Shown: piece after piece, positions 44,003 through 54,465 of the stretch
Layout of the letters: each line of letters opens with the position of its first letter
Numbering within the stretch: the stretch's first letter is position 1
DNA from: Synechococcus sp.
GTDB lineage: Bacteria > Cyanobacteriota > Cyanobacteriia > PCC-6307 > Cyanobiaceae
Direction: 5' to 3'
Assembly (NCBI GenBank): GCA_047285805.1
Contig: JBJBCN010000003.1
Location: forward strand, 544,001-608,000
DNA length: 64,000 nucleotides
Notes under the pieces: model-generated
Told to the model about the DNA's origin: nothing
Database searches by the model: none
Seen by the model: only the letters and a program-made list of their open reading frames with translations
Position numbers and translations under genes: made by a program

Positions 44003-44102
44003 TTGTCATTATTCTCTGCGAGTGTGGTTGCAAAAAGTTGGTCACGAGCGGGATCTTCTGCTGGTCCAATTCCTTTCCCCGCAGCTTGAAGGGGGGCTGC
44101 CC

Positions 44103-44342
44103 ATGGCCTACCTGTTGCAGTTTTTCGGCCTTTCTGATCCATTGCAGCTCTTCTATCTGCAGCAGAGTTCCATCGAGGGTTCGGGTCCGGTCTTCATGAG
44201 CTTTCGTCCCGTGCAGCTGGATGCCCTGATGGCTTGGGCCGTGGAGACCGCCAGTCGCCGACAGTGGGATCCCGAGCTCACCCAGCAGAGCGTCCTGCAG
44301 GCCGGGATGGAGCACCGCTGTGAGGCGATGCTCAGGGCATAG
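44103..44342 (+). CDS. 79-aa hypothetical protein, possibly truncated at the C-terminus
   Basis: MAYLLQFFGLSDPLQLFYL...FRPVQLD; starts 100 nt after the CIRCE; its end overlaps the convergent kinase gene. Confidence 0.55.
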   Translation: MAYLLQFFGLSDPLQLFYLQQSSIEGSGPVFMSFRPVQLDALMAWAVETASRRQWDPELTQQSVLQAGMEHRCEAMLRA

Positions 44343-45000
44343 CGAGTTGCCAAAGAGAAGCGGTGGCTAACGGCACGCTCAAGTTGTCGAAGCCGAAGCC
44401 GCTCAGTTGTTCCAGCCCGGTGGCGGCCACGGCGATGACAGCCGCTGCCACCAGGCCGGGTGCAGAAGCCCCCGTTGCGTGTGCGACCCCGATTAAGAGG
44501 GCCAGGACTAGCCAGCTGGTGAGGGCCATGGCGGCGGTACCCGCCAGGGATTTGGTTTGCCCGAAGAGCTTCCAGCGCGGCGACAGGATCTGGGGGCCCA
44601 CCAACCCGGCGAGTCCATCGCCGCAGGCCATCACCAGCACGCCGGCGGCAACGGGGAGCGGTTGCTGGGGCCAGAACAGGGCTAAGAGAATCGTGATCGA
44701 GGCGCCGTAGGCGATCGTCCCGTAGCTATGGCGTCCGACGTCCTCGATCGCAGGCAGCAGGCGGAAGCGGTGGTTGAGGGCTGTTCCAACCGTGACCAGG
44801 GCCGCGGCGCCGAGGGCGAAGTCCCGCGGAATCGCAAAGACCCAGGCGAGCAGGACGACGGCGCCGGTACCGATGTGCACGACCTTGCGGCTCCACTCCT
44901 TCTGGCGAGGCCAACGCCGGCGTACGGTCGAGGCCGTCAGCAGGACAGCCGCCAGCCATGCTGCGACCGCAGCCACGCCGAGGAGCTGTTGCGTGACCAC
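44332..45000 (-). CDS. Phytol/dolichol (polyprenol) kinase family protein
   Basis: SRKVVHIGTG, GDGLAGLVG, KSLAGT and DNLSVP motifs. Confidence 0.88.
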   Translation of the reverse strand: MVTQQLLGVAAVAAWLAAVLLTASTVRRRWPRQKEWSRKVVHIGTGAVVLLAWVFAIPRDFALGAAALVTVGTALNHRFRLLPAIEDVGRHSYGTIAYGASITILLALFWPQQPLPVAAGVLVMACGDGLAGLVGPQILSPRWKLFGQTKSLAGTAAMALTSWLVLALLIGVAHATGASAPGLVAAAVIAVAATGLEQLSGFGFDNLSVPLATASLWQLAMP

Positions 45001-45019
45001 TGAACTCAGGCGATACGGC

Positions 45020-45985
45020 TCAAGCAGCCCGCTGGTAGTTGGTCATCAGGCGCAGCTTGAGGATCGCTTTGGATTCCAGCTGACGCACCCGTTCGCGGGA
45101 GACATTGATCTGGCGGCCGATTTCCGCCAGGGTCAAGGGCTCCTGGCCGGCCAGGCCAAAGCGCAGTTCGATGATGCGGCGCTCCCGCTCATTCAGCTGC
45201 GAGAGCCAAGTGCCGAGGTGTTCCTTCTGCAGGTTGCGATCCATGGAATCCATGGACTCGTTGCTGTTGGGGTCTGCGATTAGCTCACCGAGGGTGCTCC
45301 GATCCTCGTCGCCTCGGGCATGGGCATCGAGGGAGGCGCACGGAGCACTCTGGGAGATCAGATCTTCCAGCTCCTGCGGTTGCATGCCCATGGCATGGGC
45401 CAACTCCAGGCGATTGGGCTGACGGCCAAAGCGATGGGAGAGCTCGCGAGTGATGCGGCGCATCTTCGAGAGCTTTTCGCTGACATGAATGGGGAGGCGA
45501 ATCGTCCGGGCGCTGTTGTCGATGGCCCGTGTCATGCCCTGGCGAATCCACCAGTAGGCGTAGGTCGAGAACTTGTAACCCATGGCTGGGTCGAACTTGT
45601 CCACCGCCCGCTCCAGGCCGATGGCACCTTCTTGAACCAGGTCAAGCAGTTCGAGTCCTTGGTTCTGATACTTCTTGGCCACGCTGACGACGAGCCGCAG
45701 GTTGGCGGCCATCATTCGATCGCGGGCGCGGGTGCCCATTCGGATCTGGTGCTTCTGCCGGGCCGTCAGTTCTGCGGCGGGGAGTTCTTGCAGGCGCTTC
45801 ATGGCCTGCACATGGTGAGCTAATTCAATCTCTTCGGCGGGGGTCAGTAGCGGTACCCGCCCGATATTGCTCAGATACCAGCCAATCGAATCAGCACTAA
45901 GGCGACCTCCTTGTCGGGATGCGGCAGATCGAGCGGTTGATTTGTTGCTCGAAGGGCCTGAAGCAGCGGGCTTGTTTGCAGGCAT
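45020..45985 (-). CDS. Group 2 RpoD-family RNA polymerase sigma factor
   Basis: YLSNIGRVPLL, ANLRLVVSVAKKY, DLVQEG, YKFSTYAYWWIRQ and SRERVRQ motifs; no region 1.1. Confidence 0.95.
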   Translation of the reverse strand: MPANKPAASGPSSNKSTARSAASRQGGRLSADSIGWYLSNIGRVPLLTPAEEIELAHHVQAMKRLQELPAAELTARQKHQIRMGTRARDRMMAANLRLVVSVAKKYQNQGLELLDLVQEGAIGLERAVDKFDPAMGYKFSTYAYWWIRQGMTRAIDNSARTIRLPIHVSEKLSKMRRITRELSHRFGRQPNRLELAHAMGMQPQELEDLISQSAPCASLDAHARGDEDRSTLGELIADPNSNESMDSMDRNLQKEHLGTWLSQLNERERRIIELRFGLAGQEPLTLAEIGRQINVSRERVRQLESKAILKLRLMTNYQRAA

Positions 45986-46168
45986 GGCAGCTGAGGCGCA
46001 GGCTTCGGAGGTTGCTTTGGGCTGGTGGTTGTCTCTGCTGGGTCGCAGAGGTGTTCAGAAAGCCGCAAAACAAATTGATTTGGCCGGAATGTAGCACTTC
46101 TGGCCAACGCGAGATGTATGGAATTGGAAGACTTACTGAGGCCTTTTCGTTCGTTTTTCTTTCTGTTT

Positions 46169-46182
46169 GTAGCCCTCGCTAC
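46169..46182. promoter_or_regulatory. Putative NtcA box upstream of the sigma factor gene
   Basis: GTAGCCCTCGCTAC = GTA-N8-TAC; overlaps the ppk1 stop codon. Confidence 0.45.
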
Positions 46183-48323
46183 GCGCCCGTCGCCACTGGG
46201 ATCAGGCCCTTTCTCCAGCTATCGATCAGGTTGGCTTGCACCGCGATGTTCTCGTCCTCGGGGATGCGCCGGCTGAAGCTGCCATCGCTCTGCATGTCCC
46301 AGGCGGTGCAGTTGTCATTGAGATAAATGTCCATCAGCCGTATCAGCCGTTCGTGTAGATCGGGATCTTCCACGGGAACCACCGCTTCGACGCGTCTGTC
46401 GAGATTGCGACCCATCCAGTCGGCGCTGCCGATGTACATCTCAGGCTCGCCGCCGTTCTTGAACCAGAACAGGCGGGAGTGCTCGAGGAAGCGGCCGATG
46501 ACGCTGCTCACCCGGATGTTCTCGCTGACGCCGTCGAGGCCAGGCCGCAGGCTGCACATGCCCCGCACCACCAGGTCGATCTGCACGCCGGCCTGGGAGG
46601 CCTCGTAGAGGAGCGCAATGATCCGCGGATCTACCAGGGCATTCATCTTGGCCTTGATGGCGGCGGGCTTCCCGGCCTGGGCGTGATCGACCTCCCGCTG
46701 AATCAGCGCTTGCATTTGACGCCGGAGGGTCACGGGGGCGACGAGCAGGCGCCGGAAATCCTGCTGCTTGGAGAAGCCGGTCAGGTAGTTGAACAACTCG
46801 GCCAGGTCCTGTCCCAGTTCCGGCCTGGCCGAGAGCAGGCCCAAGTCGGTGTAATGCGCCGATGTTTTTGAGTTGTAGTTGCCCGTGCCGATGTGGCAGT
46901 AGCTGCGCAGCAGATCTTTTTCTTTGCGCACCACCAGCGTGATCTTGGTGTGGGTCTTCAGGCCGATCACGCCATAGACCACGTGGACGCCGGAGCGCTC
47001 CAGTTGGCGGGCCCACTGAATGTTGTTGTCTTCGTCGAAGCGGGCCTTGAGTTCGACCAGCACCATCACCTGCTTGCCGTTCTCGGAGGCGCGAATCAGG
47101 GCGGCAATGATCGGGGAGTCCTTGGACACCCTATAGAGCGTCATCTTGATGGCCAGCACTGATGGGTCATCGGCGGCCTGATTGATGAACTCCTCGACGG
47201 ACGTGGAGAAGAGGTCAAAGGGATGGTGCAAAAGCACATCACCCCGGCGCAGCACCGAGAAGATGCTGGTAAATTCCTCTGCCTTGATCGAGCCATCCTC
47301 CAGCAGGCTCTTCTGGGCTCGGGCCAGGTTGAGCGCCGTGCGGCCCCGGTGGGGGGCGTCCTTCAGGGCCGGCAGTGGAATCGACAGCAGGCTCATTAGG
47401 TCATCGAGTCCCAGTGGCCCGCCGATGCGATAGAGATCCTCCGGATCCACTCCTGTGCCGTCCAGCAGGAGTTCGACGACGGCATCGGGCATCTCGTCGG
47501 CGACTTCCAGGCGCACCACTTCCCCGCCCATCCGGCGTTTGCGTAGTCCCTGCTGCAGGGCCTCCATCAAGTCGTCGGCTTCCAGGTCCCGCAACTCCAG
47601 GTCCGCATCCCGGGTCACGCGAAAGAAGTAGTGCCCCTCCACCTCCATGCCGGGGAAGAGCAGTTGCAGGTTGAAGGCCACCACCTGCTCGAGGGGAACG
47701 GCGGTGAAGACCGGTTTGGTTTCGGTGGTGCTGAGCTCAGCGGGCAGTTCGACAAACCGCGGCAGGTTTTTTTGCGGAACCTTGACCCGGGCGAACTGTT
47801 GAACGCCGCTCTCTGGATCGCGGATCAATGCCGCGATGTTCAAGCTCAGGTTGCTGATGAAGGGGAAGGGGTGCGCTGGGTCCACCGCCAGCGGGGTGAG
47901 CACCGGGAAGATGGATCGCTGGAAGTAGTCGTTGACCCAGGCCTTCTGTTTTTTGTTCAGCAGCCGGTAGTCCAGTAAGTGCACTCCGGATTCCGCCAGC
48001 TGGTGCTTCAGGTAGAGGCGGTAGTGGGCCTGTTGCTGGTGGAGTAGCGGTGCGAGTTCCTTACGCACCAGGGCCAACTGTTGGCTAGGGGTGAGGCCGT
48101 CGTCGCTGAGTTTTTGAACGTCCGCTTCAACCTGTGATTTCAGGGAAGCAACACGGACCATAAAAAATTCGTCGAGATTATTGCTGAAAATCGCGCTGAA
48201 CTTGGCCTGCTCCAGCAGCGGCGTGTGTTCACTAAGGGCCTGAGCCAGCACCCTCTGGTTAAAGGCGAGCCAGCTCAGCTCTCGGTTGATGTAGAGCTCG
48301 GGAGCCACCACTGGATCAGCCAT
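46179..48323 (-). CDS. ppk1: Polyphosphate kinase 1
   Basis: INRELSWLAFN, NLDEFFMVRV, HPFPF, HHP, ELKARFDE and GRFLEHSR motifs. Confidence 0.98.
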   Translation of the reverse strand: MADPVVAPELYINRELSWLAFNQRVLAQALSEHTPLLEQAKFSAIFSNNLDEFFMVRVASLKSQVEADVQKLSDDGLTPSQQLALVRKELAPLLHQQQAHYRLYLKHQLAESGVHLLDYRLLNKKQKAWVNDYFQRSIFPVLTPLAVDPAHPFPFISNLSLNIAALIRDPESGVQQFARVKVPQKNLPRFVELPAELSTTETKPVFTAVPLEQVVAFNLQLLFPGMEVEGHYFFRVTRDADLELRDLEADDLMEALQQGLRKRRMGGEVVRLEVADEMPDAVVELLLDGTGVDPEDLYRIGGPLGLDDLMSLLSIPLPALKDAPHRGRTALNLARAQKSLLEDGSIKAEEFTSIFSVLRRGDVLLHHPFDLFSTSVEEFINQAADDPSVLAIKMTLYRVSKDSPIIAALIRASENGKQVMVLVELKARFDEDNNIQWARQLERSGVHVVYGVIGLKTHTKITLVVRKEKDLLRSYCHIGTGNYNSKTSAHYTDLGLLSARPELGQDLAELFNYLTGFSKQQDFRRLLVAPVTLRRQMQALIQREVDHAQAGKPAAIKAKMNALVDPRIIALLYEASQAGVQIDLVVRGMCSLRPGLDGVSENIRVSSVIGRFLEHSRLFWFKNGGEPEMYIGSADWMGRNLDRRVEAVVPVEDPDLHERLIRLMDIYLNDNCTAWDMQSDGSFSRRIPEDENIAVQANLIDSWRKGLIPVATGA

Positions 48324-48358
48324 GGATGACCCACACCTTCAGGTGCTCAACGTAGCAA

Positions 48359-49612
48359 TCAGAAGGGATCTGGGGCATGTTCGCTGCGACGGGGGAGACC
48401 GCCGGCAACCAGTATTGCCACGCCGGCCAGGACCGTAATGCCGAGCCAAAAGGGACTGCGCTGACCGACGACGTCGTAGGCCAGGCCCGCCAGGGGTGGA
48501 CCGATGAAACTGCCCAGGCTCTGGAGACCCTGCAGGCTGCCCAGGGCTGCCCCTTGGCCGGAGTCATCGAGGCGTCTGGAGACCAGGGCGCGTAGGCAGG
48601 GGGTGACCAGGCCAGTCCCAAGGGCCAGGATGGCGACGGCCGGAAAGACGACGCGGGTGGAGTTCTCGGCAGTGGCCATTGGCACGAGCAGACAGCCGGC
48701 GATCACAAAGCCCAGGCCCGCCAGGGTCAGCCGCCATTCACCAAAGCGCTTCACCAGGGGCCCGATCAATCCGCCCTGGACGACCGTGGCGACAACACCA
48801 ACCACCAGGAAGGCATTGGCGGCCAGACCCGGACCCCAATCAAAGGCCTGTTTGAAATAGAGAACGAGAACGGCGGTGAAGCCGTTGAAGGCCAGAAAGA
48901 AGAGGAAGAAGGCTCCGCAAAGCCGGCGCACCTGCGGATTAGTGAACACCTTTTGCAGGGCGATCAAGGGATTGAGATCCCGTTTGCGAGGCATGGCCAG
49001 CCGTGCCTCCGGCGGATGGGTCTCCGGTAGGAGAAGGAGCACCAACAGCAGGTTGATCAGCGCAAAGGCTGCGGCGGCCCAGACCGGAAGGGTGACGTTG
49101 GTCTGGGAGAGCAAGCCGCCGAAGGCGGGGCCGAGGATGAAGCCCAGGCCAAACGCGACGCCAATCAGCCCGAAGGCCTTCGCCCGGTTTTCGGGGGTGG
49201 AGATATCGGCTAACACCGCACCAGCGGTGGCTGCGGTGCCGCCGCTCACGCCATCAATGAGGCGGGCGGCGAACAGCAGCACGAGCGGAAGGCTGGTGCC
49301 GGCGGCCCAGGGGATGGCTTGCCAATCAATGCTGACGGTGATGGCAAACAGGCTCAAGCCCACCACCGAACCCGCCACGCAAATCCCAATCACTGGACGG
49401 CGGCCGAAGCGATCACTCAGCGAGCCGATCAGCGGCGTCACAGCAAATTGTGCGATCGCATAACTACCCGCCAGCAGGCCCAGGGTGCGCCCGTTGTCCG
49501 TGAAGCTCGCCAGGAGGAATGGCAGCAGCGGGAAAACGATGCTCTCTCCGAGCCGATCGTTCAGCAGCGTGAGGAACGCGCAGAGGGAGGTGGAGGGGCG
49601 TTTCCAGCTCAC
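48359..49612 (-). CDS. MFS transporter (TetA/DHA1-like)
   Basis: [12 protein letters not shown] motif [11 protein letters not shown] motif C, many TM helices; GTG start inferred. Confidence 0.9.
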   Translation of the reverse strand: MSWKRPSTSLCAFLTLLNDRLGESIVFPLLPFLLASFTDNGRTLGLLAGSYAIAQFAVTPLIGSLSDRFGRRPVIGICVAGSVVGLSLFAITVSIDWQAIPWAAGTSLPLVLLFAARLIDGVSGGTAATAGAVLADISTPENRAKAFGLIGVAFGLGFILGPAFGGLLSQTNVTLPVWAAAAFALINLLLVLLLLPETHPPEARLAMPRKRDLNPLIALQKVFTNPQVRRLCGAFFLFFLAFNGFTAVLVLYFKQAFDWGPGLAANAFLVVGVVATVVQGGLIGPLVKRFGEWRLTLAGLGFVIAGCLLVPMATAENSTRVVFPAVAILALGTGLVTPCLRALVSRRLDDSGQGAALGSLQGLQSLGSFIGPPLAGLAYDVVGQRSPFWLGITVLAGVAILVAGGLPRRSEHAPDPF

Positions 49613-49682
49613 AGGGAGGCACCCGGTGTTTTCCACACCATCCCACGGGAGGATGCTGCAACAGGCCGATGAGCGTTTCCCC

Positions 49683-50168
49683 GTGAGTGCCACCCCCCCT
49701 GAGCTGAGTCACCTCAATGCCAGCGGCGAGGCCTACATGGTGGATGTCGGTGGGCGGGCCGTCAGTGATCGCGTGGCCGTGGCCGAAGGGTTCATTCAGC
49801 TTTCGCCGGAGGCCTTGGCCCTGGTGGTGGAGGGCCGTGCCGCCAAAGGGGATGTTCTCGCCGTCGCGCGGGTCGCAGCGATTCAAGGGGCGAAGCGGAC
49901 ATGGGAATTGATTCCCCTCTGCCATCCCCTGCCCCTTACCGGTGTTTCGGTGGTGATCGAGCCAGTGGCCGATGGCCTGCGGATCGAGGCTTCGGCCCGA
50001 ACCACCGGGGTGACTGGCGTGGAGATGGAAGCCCTGACCGCCGTGCAGGTGGGTCTGCTCACCCTGTACGACATGGTCAAAGCGGTTGATCCGGCTATGA
50101 CGATTGGATCCGTTCGGCTCTTGAGCAAGACCGGTGGTCGCCGAGGCGATTGGCAGCGCGATGACTGA
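49683..50168 (+). CDS. moaC: Cyclic pyranopterin monophosphate synthase
   Basis: LSHL...MVDV, KGDVL, LIPLCH, TGVEMEA and YDMVKAVD motifs. Confidence 0.95.
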   Translation: MSATPPELSHLNASGEAYMVDVGGRAVSDRVAVAEGFIQLSPEALALVVEGRAAKGDVLAVARVAAIQGAKRTWELIPLCHPLPLTGVSVVIEPVADGLRIEASARTTGVTGVEMEALTAVQVGLLTLYDMVKAVDPAMTIGSVRLLSKTGGRRGDWQRDD

Positions 50169-51396
50169 GCCCTACCCCAAAGAAGGTCTACCCCTGGATC
50201 AGGCCCGAGCGCTGATCCTGCAGGACCTGCAGCCTCTAGCGCTCTCGGAGTCCTTGCCCCTGTCGGAGTGTTTGGGACGCACCGTGGCTGAATCAATCCA
50301 CGCTCCAGAGGCGGTGCCTGGATTCCGTGCGTCGATAATGGATGGCTACGCCATTGCTGGCTCGGAGCAGCCCGCGTTGGGTGAGGCCTGGCAATTGGTC
50401 GGTCGCTCCGCAGCAGGGGCCCCGTTCCTTGGAACTCTGCAGCCTGGTCAGGCGGTGCGCGTGCTCACGGGTGCGCTGATACCCGAGAGCAGTGGCCGCG
50501 TCTTGCCTCAGGAATTGGTGGAGGCCAGCGATCAGGATCTGCGCTTGATGAAGGCCTGCGGAGCCAATCCCTGGATTCGCTCCGCGGATGAAGAGACCGC
50601 TGCTGGCGGCGTGCTCGGCGAGTCCGGCCTCCGCTTGGGGGTGGCGGAGGTGGCCCGCTTGGCCAGCTGCGGAATTCAGCACTGCCTGGTCTTCTCTAAG
50701 CCTCGGGTTGGCCTTCTGATTAGCGGGGATGAATTGCTTTCACCGGGTCAACCGCGGCAGTTGGGGGAGATCTGGGAGAGCAACTCAACCTTGCTGCGCG
50801 GTCTGCTGGAGCGCCTGGGCTATGGGGTTGTCGTGCAACGGGTTGTTGGCGATCAGCCGGAGCCATTGCGTCAGGCTTTGCTCGCGTTGGCCGAGGACTG
50901 CAACGTGGTGGTGAGTACTGGCGGGGTCTCCGCCGGCGATACCGACTGGATCCGTCCCTTGGTCGCGGAACTGGGGGTGGTGCGTTTTTGGAAGTTGTTC
51001 CTCAAACCCGGACGCCCCTTGGCCTGGGGGAGGGTGGACGGCACGCCCTTTTTGGGCTTGCCGGGCAATCCCGTCGCCGCCGCAGTGACGGCCCTGCAGC
51101 TGCTCTGGCCTGCCCTGCAACGGCTGGAGGGTGCCCAGGTTCAGCTTCTGCCGCGTCTACGGGTGGCTTTGGAGCAGCCCCTGCGGCGGGGCGCCGGTCG
51201 CCCGGAGTTGGCGCGTGCCTCCTTGGTGGTGGCGGAGGACGGTCGTCTCTTGGCGCGGGTGGTCGGCTCCCAGGCATCCTCCCGCATTGGCTCTCTGGCG
51301 GGGGCGGACCTGCTCTTGGAGATCCCCGCTGAGCTGGGGAGCCTGGAGGCGGGGACCGAGTTGTGGGCTCAGCTGCTGCGGCTGCCGATTTTTTGA
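50161..51396 (+). CDS. moeA: Molybdopterin molybdenumtransferase
   Basis: [25 protein letters not shown] and LPGNP motifs. Confidence 0.95.
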   Translation: MTEPYPKEGLPLDQARALILQDLQPLALSESLPLSECLGRTVAESIHAPEAVPGFRASIMDGYAIAGSEQPALGEAWQLVGRSAAGAPFLGTLQPGQAVRVLTGALIPESSGRVLPQELVEASDQDLRLMKACGANPWIRSADEETAAGGVLGESGLRLGVAEVARLASCGIQHCLVFSKPRVGLLISGDELLSPGQPRQLGEIWESNSTLLRGLLERLGYGVVVQRVVGDQPEPLRQALLALAEDCNVVVSTGGVSAGDTDWIRPLVAELGVVRFWKLFLKPGRPLAWGRVDGTPFLGLPGNPVAAAVTALQLLWPALQRLEGAQVQLLPRLRVALEQPLRRGAGRPELARASLVVAEDGRLLARVVGSQASSRIGSLAGADLLLEIPAELGSLEAGTELWAQLLRLPIF

Positions 51397-51400
51397 GGGC

Positions 51401-51853
51401 CTAAAGGGGGGTGTTGCCTTCGATCCACTGGCTGGATCCATCGGCGTTCCATTCCCGCTTCCAAAACGGGGCGTTGTGTTTGAGCTCCTCGAGTAGCTCT
51501 TGGCAGCAGCGTTGGGCTGGACCGCGGCGGTCGGCCCAGACCGCTACGCAAACGATGGCCTCGTCCACGGCGATGCGACCGACCCGATGCTCGAGCAGGC
51601 AGGCCAGGGCGGAGTGGCGTCTGGTCACGGATGCAGCGATGCGCTGCAGTTCCGCTTCCGTCATCCCGGGGTAATGCTCGAGCTCGAGTGCCACCACGCC
51701 ATCGCCTGCGCGCACGCGCCCGATGAACGAGCTCGTGGCCGCCGCCCGTGGGAGGCAGGCCTCCAGTAGCCCTTGCTCCCAGTGCTGTAGTGCTTCCAGG
51801 GGATCAAACCGCTCTGGATGCAAACGAATCTGGATCGGGATGGGCCTGTCCAT
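51401..51853 (-). CDS. moaE: Molybdopterin synthase catalytic subunit
   Basis: FIGRVR, LELEHYPGM, HRVG and LKHNAPFWKRE motifs. Confidence 0.95.
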   Translation of the reverse strand: MDRPIPIQIRLHPERFDPLEALQHWEQGLLEACLPRAAATSSFIGRVRAGDGVVALELEHYPGMTEAELQRIAASVTRRHSALACLLEHRVGRIAVDEAIVCVAVWADRRGPAQRCCQELLEELKHNAPFWKREWNADGSSQWIEGNTPL

Positions 51854-52101
51854 CAGCCCCCACTGATCGGCGGCAGGAAGGCCAACTCGTCTCCGCTTTC
51901 GAGCGGCGTGTCGGTGCTGGCAAAGCGTTGGTTGATGGCCACCCGCACCCCATCGAGGGATCGGGCGAGGCCCAGTTCAGCCCACAGTTGTTTCGCGGTT
52001 GTTGGTTCGGCGAGGGGCCAGTCCCGCTCCCCCCAGCCAGCTTGCTCCCTGAGGCTGGCGAAGAGGCGGATGCGGATTGAGTCAGGTCTGCTGGAGCCCA
52101 T
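51853..52101 (-). CDS. moaD: Molybdopterin synthase sulfur carrier subunit
   Basis: LFASLRE, AINQ and GDELAFLPPISGG with C-terminal GG. Confidence 0.95.
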   Translation of the reverse strand: MGSSRPDSIRIRLFASLREQAGWGERDWPLAEPTTAKQLWAELGLARSLDGVRVAINQRFASTDTPLESGDELAFLPPISGG

Positions 52102-52166
52102 GGTTCAAACGCTACCCAGCGGGGCGGGGAGGTTTGGCAGCATCAAGGCTCCGCTGCATCCTGCGC

Positions 52167-52670
52167 TTGGGCCTTTCGATTGCGCTGTTGACCGTCTCTG
52201 ACACGCGGACCCTCTCCGAGGATCGCTCGGGGGCTGCGCTGCAGCAGCGGCTCGAGGGGGCGGGCCATCAATTGCACGAGCGGCTTTTAGTGCCGGACAA
52301 CCGCTACCAAATCCGCTCCGAACTCAGCCGTTGGATTGCCGATGAGGCGGTGCAGGTGGTGATCACCAGTGGCGGCACCGGTTTGACCGGACGGGATGGG
52401 ACGCCGGAGGCCATCGAGCCGCTCCTGGACAAAACCATCGAGGGCTTCGGCGAGCTGTTTCGGGTGCTCTCCTTCGAGACCATTGGCACCAGCAGCCTCC
52501 AGAGCCGTTGCCTAGCCGGCGTGGCCAATGGGACGGTCGTCTTTGTGTTGCCGGGGTCGCTGGACGCGGTGGAAACCGCCTGGGATCGCCTGATTGCGGC
52601 CCAGCTCGACGCCACGACCCGTCCCTGCAACTTGGTGCAGCTGTTCCCTCGTTTGCGCGAAGCGCCATGA
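52167..52670 (+). CDS. moaB: Molybdenum cofactor biosynthesis protein B
   Basis: LTVSDTR, DRSG, GGTGLTGRD.TPEA, GFGELFR and LPGS motifs; TTG start inferred. Confidence 0.93.
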   Translation: MGLSIALLTVSDTRTLSEDRSGAALQQRLEGAGHQLHERLLVPDNRYQIRSELSRWIADEAVQVVITSGGTGLTGRDGTPEAIEPLLDKTIEGFGELFRVLSFETIGTSSLQSRCLAGVANGTVVFVLPGSLDAVETAWDRLIAAQLDATTRPCNLVQLFPRLREAP

Positions 52671-53440
52671 CGAGCTTGGAGCCCGGGCTGCTGTTCGCCC
52701 TGGGACTCATTGCCCTCCTTTATGCCTGCGTCGGCCATGCCGGTGCCTCCGGCTACATCGCCATCCTGGCCCTCTTCGCGGTGCCGCTTGAGTGGATCCG
52801 GCCCATGGCTCTGGTCATGAACCTGGTGGTAGCGAGCCTGGCCAGTTGGCGTTTTTACCGCGATGGCCACCTGCCGGTTGTTGTTCAGCGGCGCCTGCTG
52901 TTCCCGCTGGTCTCCTGCTCGATTCCTACGGCCCTGCTTGGCGGCAGCTTGCGCTTGCCCAGTGACGGCTTGAGCCTCTTCTTGGCCATTGTGTTGCTCT
53001 TTTCTGCCCTACGGCTTTTGCGCTCCCCCTCAGAGCGCAAAAGCCGTGTCGTGGCCGTGCCGTCATCGCCTGTGGTCTTGCTAACGGGCGCGGTGCTCGG
53101 CCTGCTAGCCGGGTTGAGTGGAACAGGTGGTGGCATCTTCTTGACGCCGCTGGCGCTGCTCGCGGGTTGGCTTCCGATTCGCCTGGCGGCCGGGGTGTCC
53201 GCCGCCTTTATTTGGTGTAATTCCTTGGCGGGGCTCAGTGGTTGGCTGCTGAGCTATGGCGCCTCAGTCCTGCCTCCCGCTCCGCTCTTGCTGGCTCCCT
53301 TGCCGCTGGTGGCCCTGGCGGGAGCCCTGGGGAGTTGGTGCGGCAGTCGCCGTTTTCAAGAGGTCTGGATTCGCCGCTTGTTGGCTCTGGTGCTGCTGCT
53401 GGCCAGCCTGAAGTTGTCCGGCTTCTTGCCTTTGCCCTAG
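52667..53440 (+). CDS. TauE/SafE (TSUP) family membrane transporter
   Basis: LYACVGHAGASGY and GLLAGLSGTGGGIFL motifs; ATGA overlap with moaB. Confidence 0.85.
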   Translation: MTSLEPGLLFALGLIALLYACVGHAGASGYIAILALFAVPLEWIRPMALVMNLVVASLASWRFYRDGHLPVVVQRRLLFPLVSCSIPTALLGGSLRLPSDGLSLFLAIVLLFSALRLLRSPSERKSRVVAVPSSPVVLLTGAVLGLLAGLSGTGGGIFLTPLALLAGWLPIRLAAGVSAAFIWCNSLAGLSGWLLSYGASVLPPAPLLLAPLPLVALAGALGSWCGSRRFQEVWIRRLLALVLLLASLKLSGFLPLP

Positions 53441-54465
53441 CCCCCCAGGTAGGCCATCTCCGCTTTGGGCTGCCCCGCGCGGGACGAGCGCTCTTCGCTG
53501 TAGCGGTCCTGGCGTTGACTCCAGAGCTGGCCCATCACGCGGCGTAGCTCGCTTGGGCTCTGCAGCCAAGGCTTGAGGTCTTGGCCTTTGGAGGCAAAGA
53601 GGCAGGTGTAGGCCATCCCATTGGCGGTGACCCGCAGCCGGTCGCAATCGCCGCAGAAGGGTTGGCTGATCGAGGCCACCACGGCGACCAAGCCGTTGCC
53701 ATCGTGGTAACGCCAGCGGCTGGCGGTGCCATGAGCTGCACGCCCTAGGGGCTCTAGGGGCCAGTGGCGGCTGAGGCGCTGGATCATTTCATCGGCGGGG
53801 ACCACGTCCTCGGGGGACCAGCCATTGCGGTTGCCCACATCCATGGTTTCGATCAGCCGCAACTCCAGGCCGTGCGCTCGGGCGAGGGCGGCGAGGGGGA
53901 GCAGTTGATCGTCATTGCGTCCGCGTTGGATCACGCTGTTGAGCTTGAGCGCCCCTGCGGCCGGATCAAATCCAGCGGCCTTGGCCGCGGTGATGGCCGC
54001 CAGGACCTGCTCCAAGAGCTGCTCCCCCTGCTGCGGCCGGCCACTCATCTCCCCCACGCGCTTGGGGTCGACGGCATCGAGGCTGATGGTGATGCGTTGC
54101 AGCCCGGCTTGCCGCAGCCGCAGGGCGCGGGCTGGGCTGAGTAGGACGCCATTGGTCGTCAGCGCGCTGTCTTTCAAGGCCCTGAGGGGGCTGTCTGCTT
54201 CCCGGCGGCCCTGGTCGATCGCCTCGAGCAGGTCGTTGAGATCGGGGGCCAAGAGCGGTTCGCCGCCGGTTAAGCGCAGCCTGCTGACCCCCAAGCTGCA
54301 GGCTGCTTCGATCACCCGCAGCCGCTGTTGCGTGCTCAGCCTGTCGGCGGGTTCTTGGCCGTCGGGCTGGCAGTAGGGGCACGCCAAGTTGCAGCGCGCA
54401 GTCAGGGAAAGCCGCAGGACTCCCAGGGGACGCTGGAGTTGATCGGTGGCGGCTGCTGCGCTCAT
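53437..54465 (-). CDS. moaA: GTP 3',8-cyclase
   Basis: LRLSLTARCNLACPYC, RLTGGEPLL, FCGDCDRLR...C and C-terminal GG. Confidence 0.95.
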   Translation of the reverse strand: MSAAAATDQLQRPLGVLRLSLTARCNLACPYCQPDGQEPADRLSTQQRLRVIEAACSLGVSRLRLTGGEPLLAPDLNDLLEAIDQGRREADSPLRALKDSALTTNGVLLSPARALRLRQAGLQRITISLDAVDPKRVGEMSGRPQQGEQLLEQVLAAITAAKAAGFDPAAGALKLNSVIQRGRNDDQLLPLAALARAHGLELRLIETMDVGNRNGWSPEDVVPADEMIQRLSRHWPLEPLGRAAHGTASRWRYHDGNGLVAVVASISQPFCGDCDRLRVTANGMAYTCLFASKGQDLKPWLQSPSELRRVMGQLWSQRQDRYSEERSSRAGQPKAEMAYLGG

